This document shows, one piece after another, positions 13,601 through 27,900 of a stretch of DNA of 64,000 nt (the stretch's first letter is position 1; each line of letters starts with the position of its first letter). Under the pieces are notes generated by a model. The model made no database searches. It was not told where the DNA came from and worked only from the letters and a program-made list of their open reading frames with translations. Both the position numbers and the translations under genes were made by a program. The stretch comes from Octopus vulgaris (Eukaryota), in contig OX597822.1 of NCBI GenBank assembly GCA_951406725.2, positions 55,490,001 through 55,554,000 of the forward strand, in the 5' to 3' direction.

Positions 13601-13964
13601 GAATAAGTAGTAGGCTTACAAAGAATAAGCTCTGGGGTCGATTTATTCGACTATAAGGGCGGTGCTCCAGCATGGCAACAGTCAAATGACTGAAACAAGT
13701 AAAAGAATAAAATAAAAGAATTAAGATTCAATAGATATATTTCAACAGGGTACAAATGAGTTAAAAATTAATTAAAAGACATTAGATGAGTGTTATTATT
13801 GCAGCACAGCTGGATCAATGCTGGCAAGAAGATAAACTGTGACTAGTTGCGAACATATGTAAATACGTACGTATAAACAACCGAAGGGATTCCACTCAGT
13901 TTTCATCAACTAAATTTACTCACAAAACATTGGTCGGCGCAAGGTTCAGCACGTTGTGTGCTTT

Positions 13965-14003
<39 letters not shown>

Positions 14004-14011
14004 ACACGCGT

Positions 14012-14068
<57 letters not shown>

Positions 14069-14182
14069 AACGAACCTGTTGAGCCGACAAACTGTTGAAA
14101 CTATGTACACTCTAGGTGATTTCATATTTCTTTTAGACGAATCTTAATAGTATTGTGTGTGCGTCTATCTACTCTCTCTCGC

Positions 14183-14238
<56 letters not shown>

Positions 14239-14364
14239 CATACATATATATATGTATATATATATTCATACATATAGATACACACACATATAAATGTATA
14301 TATATATATATAATATAAAAAAAGGAACCAAGAAGTGGACCGAAACGACGAATCGGAACGATCA

Positions 14365-14413
<49 letters not shown>

Positions 14414-14419
14414 CAAAGA

Positions 14420-14547
14420 AACAAAAGTATTAAGGAATGACCCTGACAGGTCGTTCAACTCACTTGAAAAGAGCAGCCAAACTCAAACCGCTGCTCTTTT
14501 CAAGTGAGTTGAACGACCTGTCAGGGTCATTCCTTAATACTTTTGTT
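14420..14547. other. Perfect 58-bp-arm hairpin within a (TA)n-flanked insertion (about 14412-14658)
   Basis: Arms 14420-14477 and 14490-14547 with a 12-nt loop. Absent from the paralogous copy near 18560-18597. Confidence 0.9.
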
Positions 14548-14655
14548 GAATATATTATATAGTCTGTGACTATTTCTATTTTCTCACTTGACCGCTGGCT
14601 GCAGAAAATTTTTCTTGAATTTTTCTTGAATTTTTTTGCTACCCTATATTGATTG

Positions 14656-14732
<77 letters not shown>

Positions 14733-15126
14733 CGGAGATGTACTTGCATAGCGAGTGACTTGATCTGAGATCGTTTGCTGGAACGAAAACAATTGCAGCG
14801 TGGAAGGTGTTTATGAGCCATTTAAGAAACAGATTCACTGCAGCACGAAGTTTTGTCAGTGAACAGGTCGTGGTCTCAAAGCGACAAAAATACTTTGAGA
14901 AATTAAATTTAAATGTTGAAGTGTATATATACATACGAGCTTCCCCTTATTGTTTTGTCCTTGTCTTTTTTCTCCGTTTTCTTTTAAAATAATTATATAT
15001 ATATATAATTATATATGTGTATGTGTATACATATATTTATATATATGTGTATATATATGATATATATATATATGTATAAGTATGTATATATATGTGTGTG
15101 TGTGTATATGTTTGTATATATATGCA

Positions 15127-15177
<51 letters not shown>

Positions 15178-15272
15178 CATACATAGATACATACATACAT
15201 ACATACATACATACATACATACATACATACATACATACATACATACATACATACATACATACATACATACAT

Positions 15273-15318
<46 letters not shown>

Positions 15319-15674
15319 GAGTTAAACACAGGTGTTATTCAAATTCTTTTACTTCCCAAACGTTTCAGAGTTTATACCTATAAAAACAAGGTGCCAATCC
15401 CTTTTTACTTGTGCGATTTTTTGCTACCCTGGTAACACTTTATCTACTTTTTCCGTGTTAATTGTAAACAAGGCGGAAAATACACACATCTATTTCTATA
15501 TATGTATGTATGCATATCGTTAATCAAATATATTCAATGAGAATAGTATATACTGAACTTCTAATAAGTGCCCTTAGCAGTGAACTGTGTATAACATTAA
15601 AGGTTTTAGACATTTAATAAGAGCGATTATATATCATATAAAATAAGAGCAGGAAAATTTTATAATATAATATG

Positions 15675-15705
<31 letters not shown>

Positions 15706-15722
15706 ATATGTATGTATGTATG

Positions 15723-15808
<86 letters not shown>

Positions 15809-15839
15809 ATATGTATTTATGTATGTATGTATGTATGTA

Positions 15840-15917
<78 letters not shown>

Positions 15918-16214
15918 TGTATGTATGTATGTATGTATGTATGTATATGTGTATATATATATAAAAGTTTATATATATAAAAAGTTTTCTTTTCACCTTA
16001 CAATTCTTGAAAAGTCGCATTGCGACGAAAACCGTTTTGAATTTATATATATATTTAAAAAAAAATTTTTTTTTAATTTTCCATACACCCATTTTCATTA
16101 TTTCCATACACCCATTTTCATTAAAATTTACCTTCAATTTAGCATTCTGCCTTTTTATAATTTTTCTTTGCCTATCATTTCTCCACGTGCGGTCAACACA
16201 ACCCCACCATTTAT

Positions 16215-16256
<42 letters not shown>

Positions 16257-16342
16257 AATCCAAACGGGAAAACAGAAAAAACAACAACACGTGGAACAAT
16301 ACAGTATTATTATTAATAGGCGCTCAGGAAAGATGGAAGCAG

Positions 16343-16419
<77 letters not shown>

Positions 16420-17065
16420 TATATATATGTATGTAAATATATATATGTATGTACATATATATATATGTATGTACATATATATATGTATGTACATATATAC
16501 ATGTATGTATGTATGTATGTATCTGTGTGTGTGTGTGTGTATGAATACATATTTAAATACGCACACACATATACACATACTTATACATACCTTTCATGTT
16601 TCGGTCAGCTAACTGTCGGAGATGTAAAGGTACCAAAACCGGGTGGTTCGGCGGTGGTTGGGGACACAAACACCTGCACGCATGCACGCGCGCGCACACA
16701 CAGACACACAAATACACACAATTACAAAGACTCACACACACATTACAGAAAGGCACACGCTCACACACAGATATAGTAAGACATTTTTTTTTTTAAATGA
16801 ACAATAGAAATATTACAGATAATAAAAAATTAAACATTAAAAAAACATAGACAAAAACTGGATACCTACGTTGCGGGCATAGTTCATCAGTTCGATATGA
16901 ATCCGAGTAGTATGAATATTAATATTCCAACGATTTTAGACTGATAACGAGAGACGCTATTTCGATGAGTGACAGGAGCGATTGAGGTTCAATTTGACAG
17001 GTAACAAAAGAATCTTTAGCTATGTCATCGTGTTTGTTCGAGCGTAGCTATGTACTTTTTGTGAG

Positions 17066-17097
<32 letters not shown>

Positions 17098-17099
17098 AG

Positions 17100-17127
<28 letters not shown>

Positions 17128-17131
<4 letters not shown>

Positions 17132-17335
17132 ATCCAAACAAGAAAGCACAAAAAAAACACAACAACCCGAGAACGTGGAAAAAATATAGTATTATTGGAC
17201 GCTCAGGAAAGAAGGAGAGAAGGAGGGATTAACGTTTCGAGCGGAGCTCGTCGTCGGAAACATAGGAGAAGGAAAGATCCAGAGAAGGGAAGACAGAGGA
17301 AAAAACATCACCAACGGTACACACGAGGTCACATA
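17128..17335 (-). mobile_element. Solo Penelope pseudo-LTR fragment with a minimal HHR variant (17227-17261)
   Basis: Homologous to 47812-47985, which lies 5' of the Penelope ORF. Minus strand reads GTTT-CCGACGA-cGAGCtccGCTC-GAAACGT-T-AATC. A shorter related piece lies at 16253-16345. Confidence 0.7.
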
Positions 17336-18215
17336 TATATACATATATATGCATATATGTACGTATGTATGTATGTATGTATGTATGTATGTATGTATGT
17401 ATGTATGTATGTATGTATGTATGTATGTGTGTATGTATGTATGGATGTATGCGCGTGTAGGGGCCGGTGATTTTTCAAATTATTATTTTCTTTTTTTTTT
17501 TATCTGTTCGGGTTTGCGAAAGTTTTCCGATTTCTTATATTTGTAAGAGGTGTCCGTTGCATACGTTCGTAGGTGTGATTTCTGTTGAACTGCGATAGGA
17601 ATTTCGGCCTTTCATTTAGAGTGGCTTGGGGAAGGGTGGGGAGAGGAGCAGGTATGTATTATACATAATAGTCTCGTGATTAACTGTCACATGACATTGT
17701 TTCCATTTAGGCGAATCGCATTACATTAATTTCACGAGGTTATTCTTCTTTAATTGTTTTTTAAAAAGTTCAAACTGCATTGTTCAGGCATCAGCGCGCG
17801 ATTGTGTGCGTATGTGTATGTGTGTGTGTGTGTGTGTGTGTGGAGGGGTTTGCGATTGCTGGTTAATCTCAGGTCAGACCACAGCAGGCAGACTTTGTTC
17901 AGATACAACGTATATTGCTTTCACAAAACACACACACACACACACACACGAACACATACACTCACACACACACACATACACACACACTCATACACGAACA
18001 CACACACACCACCGTATTACTGCAGCACAGCTGGATCAATGCTGGCAAGGAGATAAACTGTGACTAGTTGCGAACATATGTAAATACGTACGTATAAACA
18101 ACCGAAGGGATTCCACTCAGTTTTCATCAACTAAATTTACTCACAAAACATTGGTCAGTGCAAGGTTCAGCACGTTGTGTGCTTTTATGTGTGTGTGTGT
18201 GTGTGTGTGCGCGCG

Positions 18216-18253
<38 letters not shown>

Positions 18254-18379
18254 AACGCACCTGTTGAGCCGACAAACTGTTGAAACTATGTACACTCTAT
18301 CTAGGTGATTTCATATTTCTTTTAGACGAATCTCAATAGTATTGTCTAGGTGTGTATGCGTCTATCTACTCTCTCTCGC

Positions 18380-18457
<78 letters not shown>

Positions 18458-18556
18458 CATACATATATATATATGTATATATATATACACACATGTATGT
18501 ATTCATACATATATATCTATATATACATTCATACATATACATACAAACATATATAA

Positions 18557-18598
<42 letters not shown>

Positions 18599-19052
18599 CG
18601 GAGATGTACTTGCATAGCGAGTGACTTGATCTGAGATCGTTTGCTGGAACGAAAACAATTGCAGCGTGGAAGGTGTTTATAAGCAATTTAAGAAACAGAT
18701 TCACTGCAGCACGAAGTTTTGTCAGTGAACAGGTCGTGGTCTCAAAGCGACAAAAATACTTTGACAAATTAAATTTAAATGTTGAAGTGTATATATACAT
18801 ACGAGCTTCCCCTTATTGTTTTGTCCTTGTCTTTTTTCTCCGTTTTCTTTTAAAATAATTATATATATATAATTATATATGTGTATGTGTATACATATAT
18901 TTATATATATATATGTGTATATATATGATATATATATATGTATAAGTATGTATATATATGTGTGTGTGTGTATATGTTTGTATATATATATATGCAATGT
19001 ATATATATATATATAGATATATATATACATATACATATATACATACATACAT

Positions 19053-19107
<55 letters not shown>

Positions 19108-19462
19108 AATGGAGTTAAACACAGGTGTTATTCAAATTCTTTTACTTCTCAAACGTTTCAGAGTTTATACCTGTAAAAACAAGGTGCCACTCCCTTTTTG
19201 CTTGTGCGATTTTTTGCTACCCTGGTAACTCTTTATCTACTTTTTCCGTGTTAATTGTAAACAAGGCGGAAAATACACACATCTATTTCTATATATGTAT
19301 GTATGCATATCGTTAATCAAATATATTCAATGAGACTACTACATACTGAACATCTAATAAGTGCCCTTGGCAGTGAACTGTGTATAACATTAAAGGTTTT
19401 AGACATTTAATAAGAGCGATTATATATCATATAAAATAAGAGCAGGAAAATTTTATAATATA

Positions 19463-19530
<68 letters not shown>

Positions 19531-19543
19531 ATATGTATGTATG

Positions 19544-19584
<41 letters not shown>

Positions 19585-19742
19585 ACGAGAGAGGCTATTT
19601 CGATAAGTGACAGGAGCGATTGAGCTTCAATTTGACAGGTAACAAAAGAATATTTAGCTATGTTATCATTATTGTTCGACCGTAGCTACGTACTTTTTGT
19701 GAGTATATATATATATGTGTGTGTGTGTGAGTATATATATAT

Positions 19743-21066
<1,324 letters not shown>

Positions 21067-21079
21067 TATATATATATAT

Positions 21080-21645
21080 ATATACAAAGAGTAAATATAT
21101 GGCACAACGAAGTACCGATATTTACTGGAAATAGCGAACGTAATAATACGACGCTAATGTATAGCTTCACCGCGTATGTACTAGCAAAAATGTTTGTGTG
21201 CAACAAACTAGAAAAAATCGTCTTACCTCCAGGGAGAACATCTGAAAGATGAAATACCTGGAAAAGGATAATGTGGGACCTGCGCAGGTTTCAGATTTTT
21301 CAAGATATGTCTGCCACCCATAAACTTGATCTATCTTCATCAGCCAAACATATACCACGACAACCTTTCAGATGTTACCACATTAATGCCATTACACTCG
21401 ACTGAAACGCCGAAACGCTAACAGCACGAGAACGGTGAAGAAGTTTCAATAAATTAGTAATGCAATACTAGAGTATTGCTTTCCAGTAAAGAATAGCCCG
21501 TGAGGGAAAAATATACAAAGAGTAAATATATGGCACAACGAAGTACCGATATTTACTGGAAATAGCGAACGTAATAATACGACGCTAATGTATAGCTTCA
21601 CCGCGTATGTACTAGCAAAAATGCTTGTGTGCAACAAACTAGAAA
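21080..21645 (-). mobile_element. Retrozyme-like element: 431-bp monomer with 135-bp partial tandem repeat
   Basis: 21080-21214 matches 21511-21645. Contains one complete HHR and no coding ORF. Abuts (TA)n. Confidence 0.8.
21274..21346 (-). ncRNA. Type I hammerhead ribozyme, canonical core
   Basis: Minus strand: TGG-CTGATGA-AGAT..ATCT-GAAAC-CTGCGCAG-GTC^CCA. Stems I, II and III pair, stem III is palindromic, and the triplet is GUC. Confidence 0.88.
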
Positions 21646-21820
21646 CATTGCACACACACACATTGCCATTGTTAACTTATTATTTCAGTCTTATTTTACT
21701 AAAGGGCGGGTAATATGTTCCAAAATCTATATTTTGAATTTAGTTTTATTCAAAATTACATCTCTCAACAGTTTAAAGCACATTTATTTTTCATTTGGTC
21801 AAATACTTGAAATGATACAA

Positions 21821-21914
21821 TAACCACTACGCCATATGCCCACGGACATATGGCGTAGTGGTTAAGAGCGTGAGCTACTAGCCCCAAGATTCCGAGTTCG
21901 ATTCCTAGCAGTGA

Positions 21915-21970
<56 letters not shown>

Positions 21971-22126
21971 GTAACAACATCGAAAAATACCTTAGGAATG
22001 AGAACCCAGGTTCGAAATTTCCCCAAGACACCTGATGAAGACTGGAGAGTATATCAGCCGAAACGTTGTTTTAACAACAAACAAGATGAAGACAAATATC
22101 CGTCAATTGTAAATAATGGAAATAAT
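21821..22126 (+). mobile_element. tRNA-headed element with 5' fold-back, (AAT)n linker and HHR-bearing tail
   Basis: 18-bp inverted arms at 21821-21838 and 21847-21864. A box TGGCGTAGTGG, B box GAGTTCGATTC. CTGATGA (22032) ..CAGCC-GAAACGTT (22060). Possible TSD ATACTTGAAAT at 21803-21813 and 22127-22137. Confidence 0.75.
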
Positions 22127-22391
22127 ATACTTGAAATAACTACAGGGGAGTGGAGTAAAATTGGTAACTGGGGCAAAATGAGTAATTACCAATTTCTCGT
22201 TATTTTTTCACTACCTGCTTGGAACCTTTACATTGCAAGTGTTGCATCACCATTTTGTACTCTTGCATCATCTGTGGGAGTAAAAATTACCCACCATAAT
22301 TGTTGTTGCAGTCGAGACAGTTTGAAACAGTCAGGTAATATGTACTTCTCTTCAAGAAATTTGTCCTCATCTTTGACCCAATTGTAATTAA

Positions 22392-22690
22392 GATGGCCTA
22401 GTGGTTAGAGCAGAGGACTCTCGGTCGTGGGATCACGTGTTCGAATCTCAGACGGGCCATGTGTGTGTTTATGAGCGAAACACCTAAGCTCCACGCGGCT
22501 CCGGAAGAAGGTAATGGCGAACTTCTGCTGACTCTTTCGTCACAACTTTCTCTCACTCTTTCTTCCTGCATCTTGCAGCTCACCTGCGACGGACTGGCGT
22601 CCCTTGCAGGTGGAGAACCTAAACGCCAAGGAAACCGGGAAACCGGCCATTATGAGCCAGGCGTGGCTCGAGAGGGAACAAGCAATAACA
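22392..22690 (+). mobile_element. tRNA-derived SINE
   Basis: A box TGGCCTAGTGG, B box GTTCGAATC. Head and body are related to the truncated SINEs at 30587-30833, 37040-37285 and 44044-44232. Confidence 0.8.
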
Positions 22691-22896
22691 TATCTAGATA
22701 ATTTTGGTGTTTAACAACCCAAATCCTTTTTTCTGTAGGATTGTAAGTCAGTTTTCTTTGACACTAATGTCTAATCTGATAATTTTCAATTTCCAAAAAC
22801 TGATGTCTATACTGGGACAAAATGGGTAATGACTAATTTCAATAATCTCATGGTGTGTAAATGTATCAGGAAGAGAGCCAGGGGGCGGGTTCTGCT

Positions 22897-23338
22897 TTAA
22901 GTACCCCATATAACATCTCATAAGTTTTTCTAGTTTTTTTTAATTTTCAGAAAATTTTTGTAAATTTGTATTCTACACATGGGAATTCATACACCTATGA
23001 ATAAACAAAACAAAACAACAAAAAAAGATTTTGTGTCTGATTTAAGGGCTAGTTAGATGTTACTTTTAGCATATCTCACGGCCATCTGGTACCCTCCTTC
23101 TTTCTTTGTGACTCTTCTCCCCACAAACAAGTTTAATGGTCTATTGCTGGGATTTAATTCAAAATTTTGGACTGTCTGTAATTAAAAAACTAAAAAATTC
23201 GATGGACTGTCTGTAATTAAAAAACTAAAAAATTCGAAAAATCAAAAAGAAATTTTTTTTCATAGTTGTATGAATCCTCGTGTGTTTTGAAAATTCCAAA
23301 AAATTAAAAAATTACGATCGGTTATATAGGGTGCTTAA
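22897..23338. mobile_element. MITE with imperfect long TIRs
   Basis: TTAAGTACCCCATATAAC pairs with GTTATATAGGGTGCTTAA. The inner ATTCATACACCTATGA pairs with CATAGTTGTATGAAT. Confidence 0.65.
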
Positions 23339-23498
23339 ACAAGAATTTTGCAGAGAGCCACTCCAGCAGATCGTGAGGAAGCTACAGGGAATATTTTATG
23401 TTGAATTTTTTGATTAACATTATACCATTTTCCCATGATTCCTTTTCATTTGACTTAGGTATCTGTGTGTATGAGTTTATGTATATATATATATATAT

Positions 23499-24290
23499 AA
23501 TAGTTATCGCCATACTAATATGGCGATAACTATTATTTTCCGGAAACGCTGCCGTTGTTCTCTTTTAGAGAGACTTAGTAATTTTAATATTTCTATTATA
23601 TATATATATATATAATTAGTATACATTTGTATATATAATGCGTACACACACACACAAACACACATATATATAATGCGTATATATGTACATATATATATTT
23701 AATGCGTATATATATATATATATTGTGTGCATTATGTGGTCAGTTGAGCTGAAAATATGCGCACCTATGTTAAAAGTGCTGGCGAGTTTGCATGGCAACT
23801 ATTGTTTTCCTCAAATGAAAGGTGTGACCACTAGGACAAAATTCCTCATCTTATAAAATGTGGCCCAAGTAGACCCGAATGAAATCGGGTTATATTAACC
23901 AAAATGTGAAAAGAGGTCTAAATGAGGCTGAAAGGAGATTAAAATTTACAGGAGCGGATGTTTAGGAATTCTGTGTTACATCAAGCTAAAAAGTTTGCGC
24001 CAGCCTTTAAATCTTCAATGTGTTGCCGTCCATCATGAAGAAGTTTTGAATGCTTGCCATGGTGAGTCTACTATCGTGAGAAAGAACCACCTCAAAACTT
24101 GGTGTTTAGGAATTTTCTTTTACATCAAGTTCAAAATTTTACACGAATATAAATACAAAAAACAAAAAGTAATACGAATATAAATACAAAAAACAATAAT
24201 AATAATAATAACATGACAAAATCAACAGGCGTCTTTCGACTTTAGACAGTTCGACTTAGCTGGCGTATTTGAAAAATAATGCCTTACGGC
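23499..24290 (+). mobile_element. Interspersed element with 5' hairpin, possibly Helentron-associated (DINE-1/HINE-like); second copy at about 57158-59605
   Basis: Hairpin ATAGTTATCGCCATA..TATGGCGATAACTAT at 23499-23533. 23615-24142 matches 57158-57277 plus 58720-59152. The second copy ends with a hairpin plus CTAGTTTT at 59545-59607. Confidence 0.5.
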
Positions 24291-24345
24291 AGATATGTAT
24301 ATATATATATGTTTATATATATATGTATATATATATGTGTGTGTG

Positions 24346-24970
24346 TATTAGAAGAAATGAGGTACTCAGAAATTCGGATGGTTTTATATTTACAGAAATT
24401 TATTTGTATATTACATGTTTTTATACATCATATAACTTAGATCATGTATTAGCGCTTTCTCCCATTCTAGTGGGGTTTTGAAATCGAACTAAGTTCCTGT
24501 AAAAAAGTTTTAACCATTTTATAGTGTCATTGAGTGTGTAGTGGTGGGGAGGCATATAAGACAGTACAAGAGAATGGTGGATGGGGAGAAAGTGAGAGAG
24601 AGAGAGAGCATGTGTGTGTTTTTGTATTTGGAAGAAGTGTTAAAGAAAAAGAAGGGAAGGGAGAGGGAAGAAGAAAAAATATTTGGTCTGCTGGACAGGA
24701 TGGTTACTCCAGGGGGGGGTCTAAGATCTTGGGGGAAAAGAATTTAAGTTTTGACCATTTTATAGTGTTATTGAGTGTGTAGTGGCGGGGAGGACATAAG
24801 ACTGTGCAAGAGGAAAAAAGAGCACTCAAATATCAGAGGTAGAGTAATATGCTTTATTTAAAAGCAGCAGAAATTCAACAAAAGCTGTTACTCGGAGTTT
24901 CACGTTCCCGTTTGTCGGACAGTTTTGTTAAAAACAGTTTTTGTTGAATTTCTGCTGCTTTTAAATAAAG

Positions 24971-24975
<5 letters not shown>
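24346..24975. mobile_element. PLE-like terminal fragments, including a fold-back end (24849-24889 / 24933-24973) enclosing a variant HHR on the minus strand (24885-24922)
   Basis: Minus strand CTGT-CCGACAA-ACGggaaCGT-GAAACTCcGAGTA^ACAG. 24346-24535 is homologous to 48971-49250. Confidence 0.6.
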
Positions 24976-25051
<76 letters not shown>

Positions 25052-25189
25052 GTATATATGTATATATGTATATATATTTTTTTTTCTGTTTGGGTTCTTT
25101 TTTTCTTGTTTCAGCTCAGAGCTGCAGCCATGCTGATGCACCGCCGTTTTGTGCTACACTGTTATTACTAAGAGCCTCCTCTAATATGT

Positions 25190-27900
25190 GGCACTGGTGA
25201 AGAATGGAGTTTGATATAGCTACTCTCATTTGCACCTCTTGCCGTGAGGTAGGTTCATCTGGGACTCTTCGACAGGAAGATGTCCAGCTTTGATTTAAAA
25301 CCGCTACATCTACTTTGTGCAAGTTCCTCAGACTCTTTGGAAGAATATTAAAAAGCTGTGGGCCCTTGAAACCTGGGCTGTTGCAGTAGCTGGTCCTGAA
25401 GCGTGATGGCATTGCTGGGATCTTTGGCACTATGCAGTGTCGTCCCGTTCTGGCATTGGTGTAGCTTACAATGCCAAAATTTGGCACAATTCCTTCCAGG
25501 ATTTTCCAGATATATATTACTGCATACCTCTCCCGTCTTCTCTCCAGGGAGTAGAGTCTTAGCTGTTTCAACCTTTCCCAGTAGCTGAGCTGTTACAAAG
25601 AGACGATCTTCTTTGTGAATCTTCTCTGGATTGCTTCAAGGTCCGCTGTTAATTTCACACTGGTGGGTGACCATAGCTGTGAGCAGTAATCCAGGCGGCT
25701 GAGGACGAATGTCCGCCAGAGGACCATCATGGTTTCCTTATCTCTGGTTCTGAATGTTCTTAGGATTCATCCAGCCAGCCGTCTGCACTTTGTCGCCATC
25801 CTGGTAATGTGCACTTGGAAAGAAGTATCACCACTCATGTCGATACCCAGGTCCCTCACAGACTTAGGCTCTGGGATTGAAATTCCCTGTGGACCGGTGT
25901 ATCCTATAAGTTTAATATTCAGTTTTGGATGCTGGTAGCGCAGTGCCTGGAATTTTCAGCATTAAACTGCATATTATTATCTTCAGCCCATCTGTAGATT
26001 GAGTCCAACTCCTGCTGCCGGTGTGCAACATCACTGGTGTTCTGTATTTTCTGCGAGACTTTCGTATCGTCTGAATATCTTGCCAGAGTGGCTATCTGGG
26101 CATTTGAGGGCATATCTGAGAGGGCCACTATAAAAAGCACTGGTCCCAAGACAGTGCCCTGTGGAACACCGCTCACTATTTGTGTGTTCATAGAGGTGGC
26201 TCCATTAACAACTACTGCCTGACCCCTATCTTTCAGGAAGTCATGTAACCACACTCCATGTTTTCCAGCTATGCCGAGGTCACGCAGTTTGTGGCATATC
26301 ATACCATGATCCACCTTGTCAAAAGCTTTTGCAAAATCAAGGTATATTATGTCCACGTTTGATTTGTTGAGTAACTGCCTCAACACCCAGTCATAATGTT
26401 GTAAGAGCTGGGTCAGGCAGTTCCTACCTGGTCGAAAACCATGCTGTGTATCACTCAGCAAGTCATTTTCCTCAAGGAATGCGATTAGTTTCCCTCTGAC
26501 TATCCGTTCCATGACTTTGCTGATGTGTGAAGTCAGAGAGATAGGCCTATAGTTTTTGGCATCTGCTCTACTTCCCCCTTTATGTATTGGGCATATTATT
26601 CCCTCCTTCAGCTTGCTAGGCAGTTTGCCATTTGTAAGAAAACTCTGGAAGAGAATCTTGAGGGGTTTTGCCAGGGCATGCTTACACGCTTTTAGGAGGA
26701 TTGCTGAGAAACCATCAGGACCAGCAGTTGAGCTTGTATCCACTTCATCTATGGCTAGTAGTACATCTTCTTCGCTAATGTCAATGTATTCTATTGTAAC
26801 TGTCTCGCTAGTTATAGGTGAGGCGGCAAAGAAGTCCACTGGTTCGTTCACTTGTCTGTGTTCCAACGGGGTGGTAAAGACACTTTTGAACTGGCCATTC
26901 AGTATCTCACTGATCTTAGTTGGACTGTCTGTGAGGGAGCCATCCTTTTGGAGGAGGGGTCCTATCTTTTAGTGTACTGAGGCTGTTTCTTTCGCATAAT
27001 GAAAGAATGCCTAAAATTTCTGGCATACGGCTTGCACAGAAGACATGAAACATTCTAGTTTCAAGTCAATGTCTAGTGTGGAAAGACATTTCGGCCAGTC
27101 CTCTCTGAGAATCTCTTTTTGGATCGATTTCCAATCTGCTTTGTGGAAGTTCAGATTAGAGAGATTTCGGGTGCTTCCTTTAGGCTGTATGTCTCTGGTC
27201 ACTTTCGGCCCAAACATTGACAGCTCTATTATGTTGTGATCCGAGACTAATGTCGGTGTCACTTTCACATCATGAATGATGTCCATATAGTTCGTGAAGC
27301 AGAGATCCAGAATGTTATTCGCCCCAGTTGGTTTGAGTACAACTTGCTCCATGAATAAGGCATTGGTGAGGTTGAGCTGGGACTCCACCTGTACTTGCTT
27401 GCAATGATTCATTCCTGAGAGTATGAGACCTTCGGGCCATTTGACGTTGGGGAAGTTGAAATCACCCATAAGAAATATGGTCACGTGGTGTTCCAGATTC
27501 ATGGGGATTTCTTTAATAATTGTGAGGCAATCTTCAAACTTGCCTATGTAATTTGGAGCATCCGGTGGGCAATATGTATTGCATATGACTATATTATGTT
27601 GTCTTATGTATACAATTAAAGTGTCACATACCGAACTTGAGTATGTCAGTAAAACCTGGGGTGTGAGGTCATCCCGGATGTATACAGCAACTCCACCATA
27701 GCTCCTTTCCCTTCTGTCTGTTCGCAGTGTGGTATAGTTTGGTACATGTACTTCTGCGTCCTCTATATCAGGGCTGAGGTGAGTTTCCACGAGTGCTATG
27801 CATAGGGCTTGATTGCATGCAGTAAGATCTCTCAGGAAAGAAATTTTTATTTTTATTTTGATGCAACAGGCCCCCAATATTTAGTAAAAGTATTGGGGTG
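25190..27900 (-). pseudogene. LINE ORF2 (endonuclease plus reverse transcriptase), frameshifted and internally deleted
   Basis: ORF pieces 27011-27877 (APE), 25919-26866 (RT) and 25116-25571 (C-terminus). Confidence 0.9.

Larger units (their letters stand above)
10569..13720 (+). mobile_element. tRNA-derived SINE split into 5' half (10569-10740) and 3' half (13400-13720) by a nested long-TIR element
   Basis: Both halves match the intact copy at 29599-30012. Confidence 0.85.

Noticed and set aside
14165-19316. Many ORFs rich in YI, CV or HT dipeptides, including the 358-aa ORF 15700-16776
   Set aside because: They are translations of (TA)n, (TG)n and (TATG)n microsatellites.
22141-22830. Pogo-like TIR fragments (GGGGCAAAATGAGTAA; reverse match near 59634)
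   Set aside because: No paired ends or transposase similarity could be established by eye.
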